The notes under the pieces: model-generated | Told to the model about the DNA's origin: nothing | Database searches by the model: none | Seen by the model: only the letters and a program-made list of their open reading frames with translations | Program-made: the position numbers and the translations under genes | Part shown: piece after piece, positions 10,134 through 21,618 of the stretch | Layout of the letters: each line of letters begins with the position of its first letter | How positions within the stretch are numbered: position 1 is the first letter of the stretch | NCBI GenBank assembly: GCA_964393645.1 | Contig: CAYMUI010000030.1 | Coordinates: 19,195 to 83,194, forward strand | Direction of reading: 5' to 3' | DNA length: 64,000 nucleotides | Origin: an uncultured Desulfobacterales bacterium | GTDB taxonomy: Bacteria > Desulfobacterota > DSM-4660 > Desulfatiglandales > JALVZP01

Positions 10134-11753
10134 ATGCAAAAGCAGGTTATTATTTATGACACAACACTCAGAGACGGGACTCAAGGAGAGTATATAAGCC
10201 TGTCTGCAGAAGATAAACTCAGGATTGCAAAAAAACTTGATGAGTTCGGGATTCACTACATAGAGGGTGGCTGGCCAGGTTCTAACCCAAAAGATGCCCG
10301 TTTTTTTGAAATGGCAAAGCTTGCTACTTTTAAGAACGCGAAGTTGACAGCTTTTGGAAGTACGAGAAAAGCAAATACAAAAGTGGAAGAAGATGAAAAC
10401 ATAAAGGCGTTACTGAATGCAGGTGTCAATACTGTTACTATATTTGGAAAAAGCTGGGATCTGCATGTAACAGAAATCTTAGCAACCACTTTGCAGGAAA
10501 ATCTCAACATGATCTATGAATCTGTAGCCTATCTTAAAGAAAAAGGCAAAGAAGTAATATACGATGCGGAACACTTTTTTGATGGTTACAAAAATAATAA
10601 AGAGTATACTCTGAAGACCATAGAGACAGCAATAAAAGCTGGTGCCGACTATATTGTTTTCTGCGATACCAACGGGGGTGCATTGCCTCATGAAATAGAA
10701 GCGATATTAAAAGAAGTGCTTCCTAAAATAGATATTTACACAGGAATACACGCCCATAATGATGGTGGATTAGCTGTGGCAAATTCTCTTACTGCTGTAA
10801 GATGCGGGGTAGATATGGTTCAAGGCACAATAAACGGTTACGGCGAAAGATGTGGTAATGCAGATCTCATCCCTATAATTGCTAACCTACAGCTAAAAAT
10901 GGGATACAAATGCATCCCTTCTGAAAAACTAAAGCATCTTACAGAATTATCTCGTTTTGTAAGCGAAATAGCTAACATGCCTCCTCTTCCTCAAAGGCCG
11001 TTTGTAGGAAAAAGCGCATTTGCTCATAAGGCAGGAGTTCATGTAAGTGCCATAATAAAGAATCCATCTGCTTATGAACATATTGATCCTTTTCTTGTGG
11101 GAAATAGGAGAAGAGTGCTTGTATCTGACCTTTCCGGAAAAAGCAATATAGAATACAAGGCAAAGGAGCTGGGTGTTGAACTTTCAGACAGGAAGTACAG
11201 TAAAAAGATAGTAGAAGAAATAAAAAGATTGGAAGACAAAGGTTATTATTTCGAAGCAGCAGAGGGTTCTTTATTTGTACTTATGAAAAAATTTGCCGAG
11301 AATTTTAAAGAACCTTTTAAGCTGCAGGCTCTTAGGGTAAATATTGAAAAGAATGGCTCTGAAGCGAGCGCATGTCATGCAACAATAAAGATTGCTGTGG
11401 GAGATGAAGAAGAAATTACAGCGGCAGAGGGAGATGGTCCTGTAAATGCGCTTGATAATGCGCTTAGAAAAGCCCTTTCAAGGTTTTTCCCTAATATAAA
11501 CGAAATGAAGCTTGTTGACTTTAAAGTAAGAGTAATAGACGGGGCTGATGGTACAGCAGCTAAGGTAAGGGTACAGATAGAGTCAAGAGATGAAAACGAG
11601 ATGTGGACCACCATAGGTGTTTCTGAAAACATAATAGAAGCAAGCTGGCAGGCTTTGGTGGACAGTATATTGTACAAGTTAATAAAAGACAGAGAAAAAG
11701 AATTTAGGTCTAAGAAGGAGATAGACCATGCCAGAGAAGGTAATAATATTTGA
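10134..11753 (+). CDS. cimA: (R)-citramalate synthase (LeuA-family, long form)
   Basis: [22 protein letters not shown]...[12 protein letters not shown] and a length of about 540 aa with a LeuA-dimer C-terminus fit the citramalate synthase clade. ATG 10134 is preferred over track GTG 10128 because of the SD aagggggag. Confidence 0.75.
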   Translation: MQKQVIIYDTTLRDGTQGEYISLSAEDKLRIAKKLDEFGIHYIEGGWPGSNPKDARFFEMAKLATFKNAKLTAFGSTRKANTKVEEDENIKALLNAGVNTVTIFGKSWDLHVTEILATTLQENLNMIYESVAYLKEKGKEVIYDAEHFFDGYKNNKEYTLKTIETAIKAGADYIVFCDTNGGALPHEIEAILKEVLPKIDIYTGIHAHNDGGLAVANSLTAVRCGVDMVQGTINGYGERCGNADLIPIIANLQLKMGYKCIPSEKLKHLTELSRFVSEIANMPPLPQRPFVGKSAFAHKAGVHVSAIIKNPSAYEHIDPFLVGNRRRVLVSDLSGKSNIEYKAKELGVELSDRKYSKKIVEEIKRLEDKGYYFEAAEGSLFVLMKKFAENFKEPFKLQALRVNIEKNGSEASACHATIKIAVGDEEEITAAEGDGPVNALDNALRKALSRFFPNINEMKLVDFKVRVIDGADGTAAKVRVQIESRDENEMWTTIGVSENIIEASWQALVDSILYKLIKDREKEFRSKKEIDHAREGNNI

Positions 11754-13266
11754 TACAACTCTCAGAGACGGGGAACAGTCTCCCGGAGCAAGCATGAATG
11801 AGGCAGAAAAATTGAGGATTGCTATGCAATTGGAAAAACTGGGAGTGGATGTGATAGAAGCTGGCTTTCCAGCAGCCTCCCAAGGAGAGTTTGAAGCAGT
11901 GAGACTTGTTGCTTCTAAGTTGAGTAATACCCAGGTTTGTGCCCTTGCCAGAACCTCAAAAGAGGACATAGATAAGGCATGGGCAGCAATTAAAGACGCT
12001 GTTAATCCGAGGATACATACATTCATAGCCACTTCAGACATCCATATGCAGTATAAGTTAAGAATGACCAAAGAACAGGTGATAAAGACAGCTGTTGAAG
12101 CTGTTAAGTACGCAAAGAAATTTACAGATAATGTGGAATTTTCTTCTGAAGATGGAACCAGAAGTGATAGAGACTTTTTATGTAAGGTTTTTGAAGCAGT
12201 CATAGATGCTGGCGCCACCACTATAAACCTTCCAGATACAGTGGGCTACATCTTACCAGACGAATATTATGAACTCATAAAATATGTAAAGCAGCACACT
12301 CCTAACATCCATAAAGTAATCTTGAGTGTCCACTGCCATAATGACCTCGGTCTTGCTACTGCAAACACTCTTGCTGGTCTCAGAGCAGGAGCAAGACAAG
12401 CAGAGGTAACTATAAATGGTATCGGTGAAAGAGCGGGTAACACTTCCCTCGAAGAAGTTGTTATGTGTATATACACTCACAAAGATAAGCTGGGACTTTC
12501 TACCGGAATAAATACAAAGTACATATATCCTACAAGCAGACTTGTGAGTATGATTACAGGTATTGTGGTTCAGCCCAACAAAGCTATTGTAGGAGCCAAT
12601 GCGTTCGCTCATGAAGCCGGGATACATCAGGATGGCGTACTTAAACATAAGCTTACCTATGAAATAATTGAACCGGAGACCATAGGATTAGACAGAAGCA
12701 AGCTCGTCTTAGGAAAGCATTCAGGAAGACATGCATTTAAGAAGAAGCTGGAGGAGATGGGATATGAATTAACAGAAGACGAGTTGAACAGGGTATTTGA
12801 GAAATTTAAAGAGCTTGCTGATAAAAGAAAGGAGCTACAAGATGAAGACATAGAAGCATTGGTGGCAGAAGAGGTTCTTAGAGTACCTGATATTTATCAA
12901 TTGGAGTACTTAAATGTTGTAAGTGGCACAGGCACTGTACCAACAGCAACGGTGAAGCTGAAGGTAAGAGGCGAGCTACTTCAAGGTGCAGGTTTTGGGG
13001 TTGGGCCTATAGATGCTACCTACAATGTGATCGCCAGTCTGACCGGCACAAAATCTAAGCTTCTGAGATTTTCGGTCAATTCTATTACAGGGGGAATGGA
13101 TGCACAGGGTGAGGTTACTGTGAGACTTCAGGAAGACGGTATCGTTGCTCTTGGAAAAGGGGCTGATCCAGACATTATTGTGGCAAGCGCAAAGGCATAC
13201 ATAAACGGATTAAACAGGTTGGAATATATGAAGACAAATCCCCCTAAGAAGGAGCAAACCCCTTAA
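11728..13266 (+). CDS. leuA: 2-isopropylmalate synthase
   Basis: 512 aa. [28 protein letters not shown] and a LeuA allosteric C-terminal domain. Confidence 0.9.
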   Translation: MPEKVIIFDTTLRDGEQSPGASMNEAEKLRIAMQLEKLGVDVIEAGFPAASQGEFEAVRLVASKLSNTQVCALARTSKEDIDKAWAAIKDAVNPRIHTFIATSDIHMQYKLRMTKEQVIKTAVEAVKYAKKFTDNVEFSSEDGTRSDRDFLCKVFEAVIDAGATTINLPDTVGYILPDEYYELIKYVKQHTPNIHKVILSVHCHNDLGLATANTLAGLRAGARQAEVTINGIGERAGNTSLEEVVMCIYTHKDKLGLSTGINTKYIYPTSRLVSMITGIVVQPNKAIVGANAFAHEAGIHQDGVLKHKLTYEIIEPETIGLDRSKLVLGKHSGRHAFKKKLEEMGYELTEDELNRVFEKFKELADKRKELQDEDIEALVAEEVLRVPDIYQLEYLNVVSGTGTVPTATVKLKVRGELLQGAGFGVGPIDATYNVIASLTGTKSKLLRFSVNSITGGMDAQGEVTVRLQEDGIVALGKGADPDIIVASAKAYINGLNRLEYMKTNPPKKEQTP

Positions 13267-13281
13267 GAAAGGAGCTCTTAT

Positions 13282-14541
13282 ATGGGAATGACCATCACAG
13301 AAAAGATCTTGGCGCTTCATTCTGATAAGAAAGAAGTAAGACCAGGAGAGTTGATCCAGGCTAAAGTGGATTTCGCTTTTGCCAATGACATTACCGCACC
13401 ACTTGCAATAAGAGTGTTTAAAGAGCTGGGATGGGATGATGTCTTTGATAAAGACAGAATTGCTCTTGTACCAGATCATTTTGTTCCAAATAAAGATATC
13501 CCATCTGCTCAGCAGGTAAAATTTATCAGAGAGTTTGCAAGAGAGTACTCTATTAAACACTTTTTTGAATTAGGAGAGGCAGGAATAGAACATGTGCTTT
13601 TACCCGAACTCGGCTTGATTTCACCCGGAGATCTGGTCATTGGTGCAGACAGTCACACCTGTACTTATGGAGCATTAGGGGCATTTTCTACAGGAGTGGG
13701 AAGTACGGATTTAGGTGTTGTAATGGCAACAGGAGAGATATGGTTAAGAGTGCCCGAAACAATAAAGGTGATCTTCAGTGGAAGCGTAAATAAATGGGTA
13801 GGTGGTAAAGACCTTATACTGTCGTTGCTTGGTATAATAGGGGTTGAGGGTGCTGTATATAAAAGTCTTGAGTTTTCAGGAAGTGCGGTAAAACAGCTTC
13901 CCATGTCTGATAGATTTACAATGGCAAATATGGCAGTAGAGGCAGGAGCAAAAAATGGTATTTTTGAGCCAGATGAAAAGGTTAGAGATTACTTGAGTAA
14001 AAGTGGGGCAAAGGAAGGAATATATCTTCAAAGTGATTCCGATGCAGAATATGATAAGGTAATAGAAATAGATACAACCAAGATAGAGCCTCAAGTAGCA
14101 TGTCCTCATTCACCTGACAATGTAGTTCCAGTAAGTGAAGTAAAAGGTGTAAAAATTGATCAGGCCTTTATTGGCTCTTGCACAAATGGAAGAATAGAGG
14201 ATCTAAGGATAGCAGCTCAACTCTTAAAAGGAAGAAAAGTAGCAAAAGGGGTTAGACTTATTATTATACCCTCTACCCCTTACATATATAAAAGAGCAAT
14301 AGAGGAGGGAATCATAAGTATCTTTCTGGATGCAGGGGCTGTAATTGGTCCTCCATGCTGTGGGCCCTGTCTGGGAGGCCATATGGGAATATTAGCAGAA
14401 GGAGAAACCGCAATTTCTACAACCAACAGGAATTTCAAAGGCAGAATGGGGCACCCTGACAGTAAGGTATACCTCGCGAATCCTGCTGTAACAGCAGCCT
14501 CCTCCATTGCAGGTGAAATTATTTCTCCTGAGGAGTTGTAA
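13282..14541 (+). CDS. leuC: 3-isopropylmalate / 2-methylmalate dehydratase large subunit
   Basis: 419 aa aconitase-family protein. Cluster-ligand segments are GADSHT and GSCTNGR...CGPCLG. Confidence 0.9.
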   Translation: MGMTITEKILALHSDKKEVRPGELIQAKVDFAFANDITAPLAIRVFKELGWDDVFDKDRIALVPDHFVPNKDIPSAQQVKFIREFAREYSIKHFFELGEAGIEHVLLPELGLISPGDLVIGADSHTCTYGALGAFSTGVGSTDLGVVMATGEIWLRVPETIKVIFSGSVNKWVGGKDLILSLLGIIGVEGAVYKSLEFSGSAVKQLPMSDRFTMANMAVEAGAKNGIFEPDEKVRDYLSKSGAKEGIYLQSDSDAEYDKVIEIDTTKIEPQVACPHSPDNVVPVSEVKGVKIDQAFIGSCTNGRIEDLRIAAQLLKGRKVAKGVRLIIIPSTPYIYKRAIEEGIISIFLDAGAVIGPPCCGPCLGGHMGILAEGETAISTTNRNFKGRMGHPDSKVYLANPAVTAASSIAGEIISPEEL

Positions 14542-14543
14542 TC

Positions 14544-15032
14544 ATGCATATAGAAGGAAGGGTGTGGAAATTTGGAGATCATATAGATACTGATCTTATA
14601 ATTCCTGCAAGATTTCTTAACACATCAGACGAAAGGGAGCTTTCAAAAGGCTGTTTTGCTGATCTAAGACCAGAGTTTTCAAAAAGTGTGAATAAAGGGG
14701 ACATCATTGTAGCAGGAACTAACTTTGGATGTGGATCATCCAGAGAACATGCACCGGTTGCTATTAAAGCGTGTGGCATTTCTGTAGTAATTGCAAAAGG
14801 ATTTGCCAGGATATTTTTTAGAAACGCTTTCAACATAGGGCTTCCACTTCTGGAATGTGAGGAATTGGTGGATCAGATAAAAGACGGAGACAAGCTAAAA
14901 GTAGATCTTTTAAAAGGAGAAATAATTGACTTACAAACCGGAAGGGTCTATTATGCCAAACCAATCCCTGACTTTATGATGGAGATTATTAAAGCGGGTG
15001 GACTCGTAAATTATGTTAAGTCAAAAAAATAA
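14544..15032 (+). CDS. leuD: 3-isopropylmalate dehydratase small subunit
   Basis: 162 aa aconitase swivel domain ([26 protein letters not shown]). It directly follows leuC. Confidence 0.9.
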   Translation: MHIEGRVWKFGDHIDTDLIIPARFLNTSDERELSKGCFADLRPEFSKSVNKGDIIVAGTNFGCGSSREHAPVAIKACGISVVIAKGFARIFFRNAFNIGLPLLECEELVDQIKDGDKLKVDLLKGEIIDLQTGRVYYAKPIPDFMMEIIKAGGLVNYVKSKK

Positions 15033-15040
15033 GAAGGGGG

Positions 15041-16741
15041 GTGTTTTCCATTAAACTTACAGGAGCTCAAATACTATTTAAGGTTTTACAGGAAGAAGGG
15101 GTAGAGGTTATATTTGGATATCCTGGTGGAGCGGTTTTGGATATTTATGATGAAATGGGCAAGCATCAGGATATAAAACATATTTTGGTGAGACATGAAC
15201 AGGCTGCGGTTCATGCAGCAGATGGATATGCCAGGGTATCAGGAAAAGTAGGGGTTTGTATTGCTACATCTGGTCCAGGAGCGACAAATACAGTTACGGG
15301 TATAGCAACTGCGTATATGGATTCAATCCCTTTAGTAGTATTTACCGGGCAGGTTCCCACAAAGCTTGTGGGAAGTGATGCTTTTCAGGAAGTAGATATA
15401 GTAGGAATCACCAGATCCTGTACCAAACACAACTATCTTGTGACCGATGTAAATGACTTAGCAAGAATAGTGAAGGAAGCATTTTATATAGCCAGAACTG
15501 GCAGACCAGGTCCTGTTCTGGTAGATATACCGAAGGATGTTCAGCAAGCTGTTACTAAGTACGAACCTATAGGAGAAGTAAAACTTAGATCCTATAAACC
15601 TGTTTACAAACCAAATGTAAAACAGCTAAGAAAAGCCATTTCTTTGATAAAACGTTCTAAAAAGCCTTTAATACTTTCAGGAGGCGGCGTAGTTCATTCA
15701 AGGGCATACGAAGAATTAACAGTATTTGCAGAAAAGATCAAATCGCCCGTTGCTTCTACACTGATGGGGCTTGGGTCTTTCCCTCCTGACTCTCCTCTCT
15801 GGCTTGGTATGGTAGGAATGCACGGAACTTATGCTGCAAATATGGCCACAGGTGAATGTGATCTTCTCATTGGAATCGGTGTAAGATTTGACGATAGAGT
15901 TACTGGAAAAGTAGACACTTTTGCACCTAACGCAAAAATCATCCATATAGACATTGATCCTACCTCTATACAAAAGAATGTGCCTGTTACAGTGCCTGTA
16001 GTGGGAGACTGCAAGATAGCACTTTCTACACTAAATAAGCTCTTAGATGAAGAAGGCTTAGGTGATGTTGATGAAATGAGAAAAGAGTGGCTGGATAGGA
16101 TAGAAGAGTGGAAAAAAAGCAAGCCTCTCACCTATAAGCAGGAAAAAGATGAGATAAAACCTCAATATGTTATCGAGACCCTTTATGAGCTTACCAAGGG
16201 AGAAGCAATAATTGCTACCGAGGTGGGTCAGAATCAGATGTGGACTGCTCAGTTTTACAAGTTTCATAAGCCAAACCATTTCATTACATCTGGTGGTCTT
16301 GGTTGCATGGGATACGGATTTCCTGCATCAATAGGAGCAAAGGTGGCGTGTCCAGACAAAATTGTTGTGGACATTGCAGGAGATGGAAGTATTCAAATGA
16401 ACATACAAGAGCTGGCTACTGCAGTGCAAAATAATATTCATGTAAAGGTAATCATATTAAATAACAGCTACTTGGGTATGGTTAGACAGTGGCAGGAACT
16501 CTTCTATGAAAAGAGATATACCCATACATATCTTTCATATGCACCTGATTTTGTAAAATTAGCAGAGGCTTATGGAGCTGTCGGAATGAGAGCTACCAAA
16601 CCTGAGGAAGTGAAGCCTATTTTAGAAAAAGCCCTTTCTATTCAAAATGTGGTTTTGGTGGACATAAGAATACCCCCTGAAGAAAAGGTTTTTCCTATGG
16701 TTCCAGCAGGTTCCCCAATAACAGAAATGATATTGGTATAA
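15041..16741 (+). CDS. ilvB: Acetolactate synthase large subunit
   Basis: 566 aa ThDP enzyme ([44 protein letters not shown]). GTG start. Confidence 0.9.
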   Translation: MFSIKLTGAQILFKVLQEEGVEVIFGYPGGAVLDIYDEMGKHQDIKHILVRHEQAAVHAADGYARVSGKVGVCIATSGPGATNTVTGIATAYMDSIPLVVFTGQVPTKLVGSDAFQEVDIVGITRSCTKHNYLVTDVNDLARIVKEAFYIARTGRPGPVLVDIPKDVQQAVTKYEPIGEVKLRSYKPVYKPNVKQLRKAISLIKRSKKPLILSGGGVVHSRAYEELTVFAEKIKSPVASTLMGLGSFPPDSPLWLGMVGMHGTYAANMATGECDLLIGIGVRFDDRVTGKVDTFAPNAKIIHIDIDPTSIQKNVPVTVPVVGDCKIALSTLNKLLDEEGLGDVDEMRKEWLDRIEEWKKSKPLTYKQEKDEIKPQYVIETLYELTKGEAIIATEVGQNQMWTAQFYKFHKPNHFITSGGLGCMGYGFPASIGAKVACPDKIVVDIAGDGSIQMNIQELATAVQNNIHVKVIILNNSYLGMVRQWQELFYEKRYTHTYLSYAPDFVKLAEAYGAVGMRATKPEEVKPILEKALSIQNVVLVDIRIPPEEKVFPMVPAGSPITEMILV

Positions 16742-16752
16742 AGGAGAGGGAT

Positions 16753-17256
16753 ATGGCAATGAATAAAGATAAAAAAGAACAAAAACATATCTTTTCACTT
16801 CTTGTAGAAAATCAGCCAGGGGTTTTATCTCGTATAGCAGGGCTTTTTTCAGCCCGGGGATACAACATAGAGAGCCTCTGTGTTGCTCCTACTACAGATC
16901 CTGAAGTATCCAGAGTAAGCCTTGTTACAAAAGGGGATGAGTTTATACTTGAGCAGATAAAAAAACAGCTTAACAAACTTATAAATGTAATAAAAGTGTA
17001 TGACTATACCGAAGTCCCTTATGTACAGAGAGATCTCGCACTTATAAAGGTAAGAGCAAAGGCAGAAAATAGAGCAGAAATTCTCAGAATTGTGGATATA
17101 TTCAGAAGTAGGGTTGTAGATGTGAGTCCTGAATACTACACCGTAGAGATTACGGGAGACGAAGACAAGATAGAGGCATTTTTAAGACTTCTTAAGCCAA
17201 TGGGAATAAAGGAGATCGCAAGAACAGGCCCTGTTGCATTGGCAAGGGAAGTGTAG
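16753..17256 (+). CDS. ilvN: Acetolactate synthase small (regulatory) subunit
   Basis: 167 aa. It has an ACT domain ([24 protein letters not shown]) and follows ilvB. Confidence 0.9.
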   Translation: MAMNKDKKEQKHIFSLLVENQPGVLSRIAGLFSARGYNIESLCVAPTTDPEVSRVSLVTKGDEFILEQIKKQLNKLINVIKVYDYTEVPYVQRDLALIKVRAKAENRAEILRIVDIFRSRVVDVSPEYYTVEITGDEDKIEAFLRLLKPMGIKEIARTGPVALAREV

Positions 17257-17261
17257 AAGCC

Positions 17262-17909
17262 TTGAAAAAAGATAGAGGCAAGTTTATCACCTTTGAAGGA
17301 ATCGATGGGTGTGGAAAATCTACCCAGGCTAAAAGGCTTTTACTCCATTTAAACAAAATCGGGATTCCTGCTCTACTTACCTTAGAGCCAGGGGGTACAA
17401 AGATTGGCTCTTACATAAGAAGAATACTTTTAGATCCAAAAAACAAAGATATCTCCGAGCTAACAGAACTTTTTTTGTATTTAGCTGACAGAAGCCAGCA
17501 CTTAAAAGAGGTGATAGAGCCTTCCCTAAGAAAAGGTGTTTGGGTTATAAGTGACAGATTTTATGACGCAACTTTGGCTTATCAAGGATTTGGCAGAGGT
17601 ATATCCAAAGATTTTATTCTCATGCTGAATGACAAAATATGCGGAAATATAAAGCCAGATGTGACTTTTTTGTTAGACTGTCCCGTTGAGATCGCAATGA
17701 AAAGAAGAAGCAAGAGGGAGTTTGATCAAAATCAGCTCAGATTTGAACAGGAATCCATAAGTTTTCATGAAAGGGTAAGGAAAGGATATCTTTGGATAGC
17801 AGAGCAATTCAGAGAAAGGGTTGTTCTTGTAGATGCTACATTATCTGTGGAAGACATAGAGAGATTTGTTTTTAACAAGATAAAACAGTTTTTGGAGAGT
17901 GGAGCATGA
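17262..17909 (+). CDS. tmk: Thymidylate kinase
   Basis: FITFEGIDGCGKSTQ P-loop and DRF...AYQG motif. TTG start. Confidence 0.9.
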   Translation: MKKDRGKFITFEGIDGCGKSTQAKRLLLHLNKIGIPALLTLEPGGTKIGSYIRRILLDPKNKDISELTELFLYLADRSQHLKEVIEPSLRKGVWVISDRFYDATLAYQGFGRGISKDFILMLNDKICGNIKPDVTFLLDCPVEIAMKRRSKREFDQNQLRFEQESISFHERVRKGYLWIAEQFRERVVLVDATLSVEDIERFVFNKIKQFLESGA

Positions 17910-19501
17910 TTCTTGGTCTTATGAGAAAACATGCAAAATCGTGGCTTATAAAGTTCATGATTGCGATAATATGCCTGGTTTTTGTGCTTTATTTTGGATA
18001 TTCCTTTAGAGCTCAAAGGGGGCTTAGGATAGCGAAAGTAAATGGGGAGGTAATAACACGAGCCGATTATCAGAATGAATATGACAGGCTATACAGGATG
18101 TTCAGACGTATGTATGGAGATTCATGGAACGAAAAGCTTGCAAGGTCATTAGGACTAAAAAGGATCGCACTTGAAAACCTGATAGATCAGAGACTTATGG
18201 CTCAGGAGGCAAAGAGGCTCGGGATAACAGTAAATGTCCGAGAGATACGAGAAGCAATAATGAAGTATCCTGCATTTCAGAGAAACGGGGTGTTTGATAT
18301 CAGACTTTATAAGGCACTTTTAAGAGAAAACAGGATAGATCCAGAAGAATTCGAAGATGGAGTAAAGAAACAGATACTAAACGACAAGTTAAAAGAGTTT
18401 TTACTGTCTTTTATGAATGTCACGGATCAGGAAGCCTTTGATTATTTTAAATATAAGAATGAGAGGATTAAAGTAAGCTTTGTCCTTTTTAAACCTGACA
18501 TGTTTAAGAATAGGGTAAAGATAAATGAGAATATGGTAAAGGAGTTCTTTAAAAAAAATAAAGAAAGATATAGAGTCCCCGAAATGGTAAAGTGCGTGTA
18601 TATAGTGATAGACCCTAAGGAATTTGAGGCAAAGATAAAGCCTACTGAAAAGGAAATAAAGCAGTATTATAATTTTCACATGGATGACTACAAATTGCCC
18701 GGTCAAAAAAGCCCGCCTCCTCTCAAAGAGGTTAAAGATAAGGTGATAAGGGATCTTATAGAGGAAAAAAGCATAGAACTTGCACAAGAAAGAGGTTATG
18801 AGCTTATAGATAAAATGCCTTACGATATATCCTTAGAAGATTATGCTAAGTACAACCATCTAAAAATCGGATATACTGACTTTTTTTCTATTGAGGACGA
18901 TACAATTCCAGAAATCGGGGGAGACAGAAAAACAGTAGAGACCCTTTTTTCTTTAAAAAACAAAGACATAAGCGATCTTATAATGCTGAGAGGAAAGTTT
19001 TACATATTTCAGATAAAAGAAAGGAGGTCTTCTTTTATTCCAAAATTTGAAAGCGTGTATGATCAGGTAAAAGAGGATTTAATAGATAAGTTGGCAATGA
19101 AAGAGGCAGAAAAAGAAGCAAGATTGTTTTTAAAAAAGGTGAGAAAAAAGGATGAACTTTGGTTAGAAATGATAGAGAAAAACGGGTTAAAAGTAAGAAA
19201 AACCGATTTTTTTAAAAGATCTGAACCGATTCCCTACATAGGAGGTAACAGGGAGTTAAAAGAGATCTTATTTTCTCTTGATAAGCACAACAGATACCCA
19301 AAAGATATATATGTAACAGAAGAAGGAGCTTATGTGATAAGGTGGGAGGCAAGAGAAGAGCCGGATAAGGAAGAATTTCAAAAACAAAAGCACACCTTAA
19401 AAACAGAGCTTGCACGTATTAAAAGAGACAGAGCATTTGATCTGTGGGTAAAAGCTCTGAGAAGATCGGCTAAAATCGAATACCTGAATCCTATCGAATG
19501 A
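17906..19501 (+). CDS. PpiD/SurA-N-like periplasmic chaperone, membrane anchored
   Basis: 531 aa. It has an N-terminal TM helix (WLIKFMIAIICLVFVLYFGY) followed by a SurA-N-like helical region. I could not see a canonical parvulin catalytic segment. Confidence 0.55.
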   Translation: MILGLMRKHAKSWLIKFMIAIICLVFVLYFGYSFRAQRGLRIAKVNGEVITRADYQNEYDRLYRMFRRMYGDSWNEKLARSLGLKRIALENLIDQRLMAQEAKRLGITVNVREIREAIMKYPAFQRNGVFDIRLYKALLRENRIDPEEFEDGVKKQILNDKLKEFLLSFMNVTDQEAFDYFKYKNERIKVSFVLFKPDMFKNRVKINENMVKEFFKKNKERYRVPEMVKCVYIVIDPKEFEAKIKPTEKEIKQYYNFHMDDYKLPGQKSPPPLKEVKDKVIRDLIEEKSIELAQERGYELIDKMPYDISLEDYAKYNHLKIGYTDFFSIEDDTIPEIGGDRKTVETLFSLKNKDISDLIMLRGKFYIFQIKERRSSFIPKFESVYDQVKEDLIDKLAMKEAEKEARLFLKKVRKKDELWLEMIEKNGLKVRKTDFFKRSEPIPYIGGNRELKEILFSLDKHNRYPKDIYVTEEGAYVIRWEAREEPDKEEFQKQKHTLKTELARIKRDRAFDLWVKALRRSAKIEYLNPIE

Positions 19502-20541
19502 TTATGAGAGCAGGCATAATAGGGCTTCCTTTATCAGGAAAAAAGACAATATTTAAGGCTATAACAAAACTTAGAGGGGAAACCGACTTAGATATATCTT
19601 CCCAAACACTTCCGATTGTAGTGACCATAACTATATATGATCCAAGAGTAGAGATATTAGGAGAGATGTTTGGTTCTAAGAAAAAGGTGTTTTTGAAGAT
19701 GGAATACTTTCTTCCATCAGAATTCTCTTCTGCAAAAGGAGAAAGAGCTATTTGGTCTCAGGTTAGAACTTGTGACGAATTGATACATGTCTTAAGGAAC
19801 TTTGAGCTTGCAGGAGAAAAGCCAGACCCAGAATCGGATTTTTGGAAGATAGAAGAAGAAATGATTTTAAATGACTTAATGATAGTTGAAAAAAGGATAG
19901 AAAAGATCAGCTCTGATAAAAGAAAAGGAAAGACAGAAAGAGATTTGATTAAAGAGCTTGAGCTCTTACAGCAGTGTAAAGTATTACTCGAAAATGGCAG
20001 ACCACTTAGAGAAAAAAAGGAACTTGTAGCTGAACCTATGTTAAAAGGGTTCACATTCTTAAGTGCAAAGCCTATGCTTTTGGTGGTAAATAATGAAGAA
20101 GATGTTGTTTCTGTTCCTGAATGGAAGAGAAAGCCCATTTCAGCAAAGATGATTGCCATAAGAGGAAAACTTGAGTTGGAGCTCTTAGAAATGGGAAAAG
20201 AGGCAGAAGAATTTAGAAAACTTTACAAGCTTGAGAGCTCTGGAATTGACCTGCTCATTAAAGAATCGTTTAATGCACTTAATAAAATCACCTTCTTCAC
20301 CGTTGGAGATAAAGAGGCTAAGGCATGGGCAATTGAAAAGGGGACAAAAGTAATAGATGCAGCAGGAGAAGTTCATACAGACATGAAAAAGGGTTTTATA
20401 AGTGCAGAAGTGATCTCTTTTGAAGATTTAAAGAAATGCGGAGGTTTTTCAGAAGCAAGAAAAAAAGGTCTTTTGAGGGTTGAGGGAAGGGACTATATTG
20501 TACAGGACGGGGATGTAATTACTTTTAGATTTAATGTGTAG
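19498..20541 (+). CDS. YchF-like GTPase/ATPase family protein (divergent P-loop)
   Basis: 347 aa. N-terminus GIIGLPLSGKKTIF (canonical YchF has GLPNVGKST). The C-terminal TGS-like end is LRVEGRDYIVQDGDVITFRFNV, typical of YchF. Confidence 0.65.
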   Translation: MIMRAGIIGLPLSGKKTIFKAITKLRGETDLDISSQTLPIVVTITIYDPRVEILGEMFGSKKKVFLKMEYFLPSEFSSAKGERAIWSQVRTCDELIHVLRNFELAGEKPDPESDFWKIEEEMILNDLMIVEKRIEKISSDKRKGKTERDLIKELELLQQCKVLLENGRPLREKKELVAEPMLKGFTFLSAKPMLLVVNNEEDVVSVPEWKRKPISAKMIAIRGKLELELLEMGKEAEEFRKLYKLESSGIDLLIKESFNALNKITFFTVGDKEAKAWAIEKGTKVIDAAGEVHTDMKKGFISAEVISFEDLKKCGGFSEARKKGLLRVEGRDYIVQDGDVITFRFNV

Positions 20542-20553
20542 TGGGAGGGAACC

Positions 20554-21612
20554 ATGATAAGAGTATGTATTGTAGGTGCAGGAGGATATGGTGGATGTGG
20601 AGCAATAGAAATACTTAGCAGGCATCCGCAAGTAGAAATAGTGGCTCTTATAGACAAAGAGAACATCGGTGCAAAGATAAGTGATGTATACCCTCATCTT
20701 AAAGGCTTTTGTGATTTGAGTATTATTTCTCCTGATGCCAGAGAAATACAAGATATGGAAGTTGACATAGTTTTTTTTGCTACTCCGGATAGAGTTGCTC
20801 AAAGAGAAGCATCTAAATGGCTTCAAAAAGGCGTTAAGATAATAGATTACAGTGGAGACTTTAGATTCAATTCTTTGGATACCTATTATGGATATGCAGA
20901 AAGAATCGGTGCTGATAAGTCGCATGAATCTGCTGATCTCCTAAAAGAGTCGGTCTACGGACTGCCCGAACTTCACAGATCTGAAGTGGCAAAGGCACGA
21001 ATCGTGGGAAATCCGGGCTGTTTTGCAGTATCATGCATCCTGGGTATTGCACCGCTTGTAAAGGAAGCTCTTATCGAGCCAGAAAGTATAATATGCGATG
21101 CAAAAACAGGAGTTTCTGGCGCGGGCAAAAAGCCAAACCCTTTGTTTCACTATCCTGCAAGGTATGATTCAATGAATGCTTACAAGATTGCGTCTCATCA
21201 GCATGTTTATGAAATAGAAAAGGAATTGAGCACTTTAATGAAAAAAGAAGTAAAAATAACTTTTACTCCACATGTCGTACCTATGTGTAGAGGTATACTG
21301 AGTACAATATATGCTGAACCTAAAAGCAAGATAAATATCAAAGAGATTATAGAAGCTTATAGAGACTTCTACAAAACAGAAAGGTTTGTCAGAGTATTTG
21401 AGCCAGGCACGGTTTTGCAGACAGCTCATGTGAGAGGCACAAACTTTTGCAATATTTCTCCTCACTTAGATGAAAGAACCGGCAAGATTATAGTCATTAG
21501 CGTTATAGATAATCTGGTCAAAGGTCAGGCAGGGAATGCGGTACAAAATATGAATATAATGTTTGGGTTGGATGAGTCTTTGGGACTCAACACTCCGGGA
21601 ATCTATCCATAA
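20554..21612 (+). CDS. argC: N-acetyl-gamma-glutamyl-phosphate reductase
   Basis: 352 aa. VGAGGYGG Rossmann start, active-site context GNPGCFAVS and C-terminal DNLVKGQAGNAVQNMN. Confidence 0.9.
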   Translation: MIRVCIVGAGGYGGCGAIEILSRHPQVEIVALIDKENIGAKISDVYPHLKGFCDLSIISPDAREIQDMEVDIVFFATPDRVAQREASKWLQKGVKIIDYSGDFRFNSLDTYYGYAERIGADKSHESADLLKESVYGLPELHRSEVAKARIVGNPGCFAVSCILGIAPLVKEALIEPESIICDAKTGVSGAGKKPNPLFHYPARYDSMNAYKIASHQHVYEIEKELSTLMKKEVKITFTPHVVPMCRGILSTIYAEPKSKINIKEIIEAYRDFYKTERFVRVFEPGTVLQTAHVRGTNFCNISPHLDERTGKIIVISVIDNLVKGQAGNAVQNMNIMFGLDESLGLNTPGIYP

Positions 21613-21618
21613 GGAAAT

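Noticed and set aside
11679-12221. A 180-aa antisense ORF inside leuA. Similar long antisense ORFs occur at 19758-20159, 20449-20925, 35621-36106, 44963-45469, 48664-49125 and 42011-42445.
   Set aside because: All lie opposite well-supported genes and have S/F/L/P-rich low-complexity products. They are the expected stop-free shadows of K/E-rich (AAR/GAR) codon usage. None has an SD.
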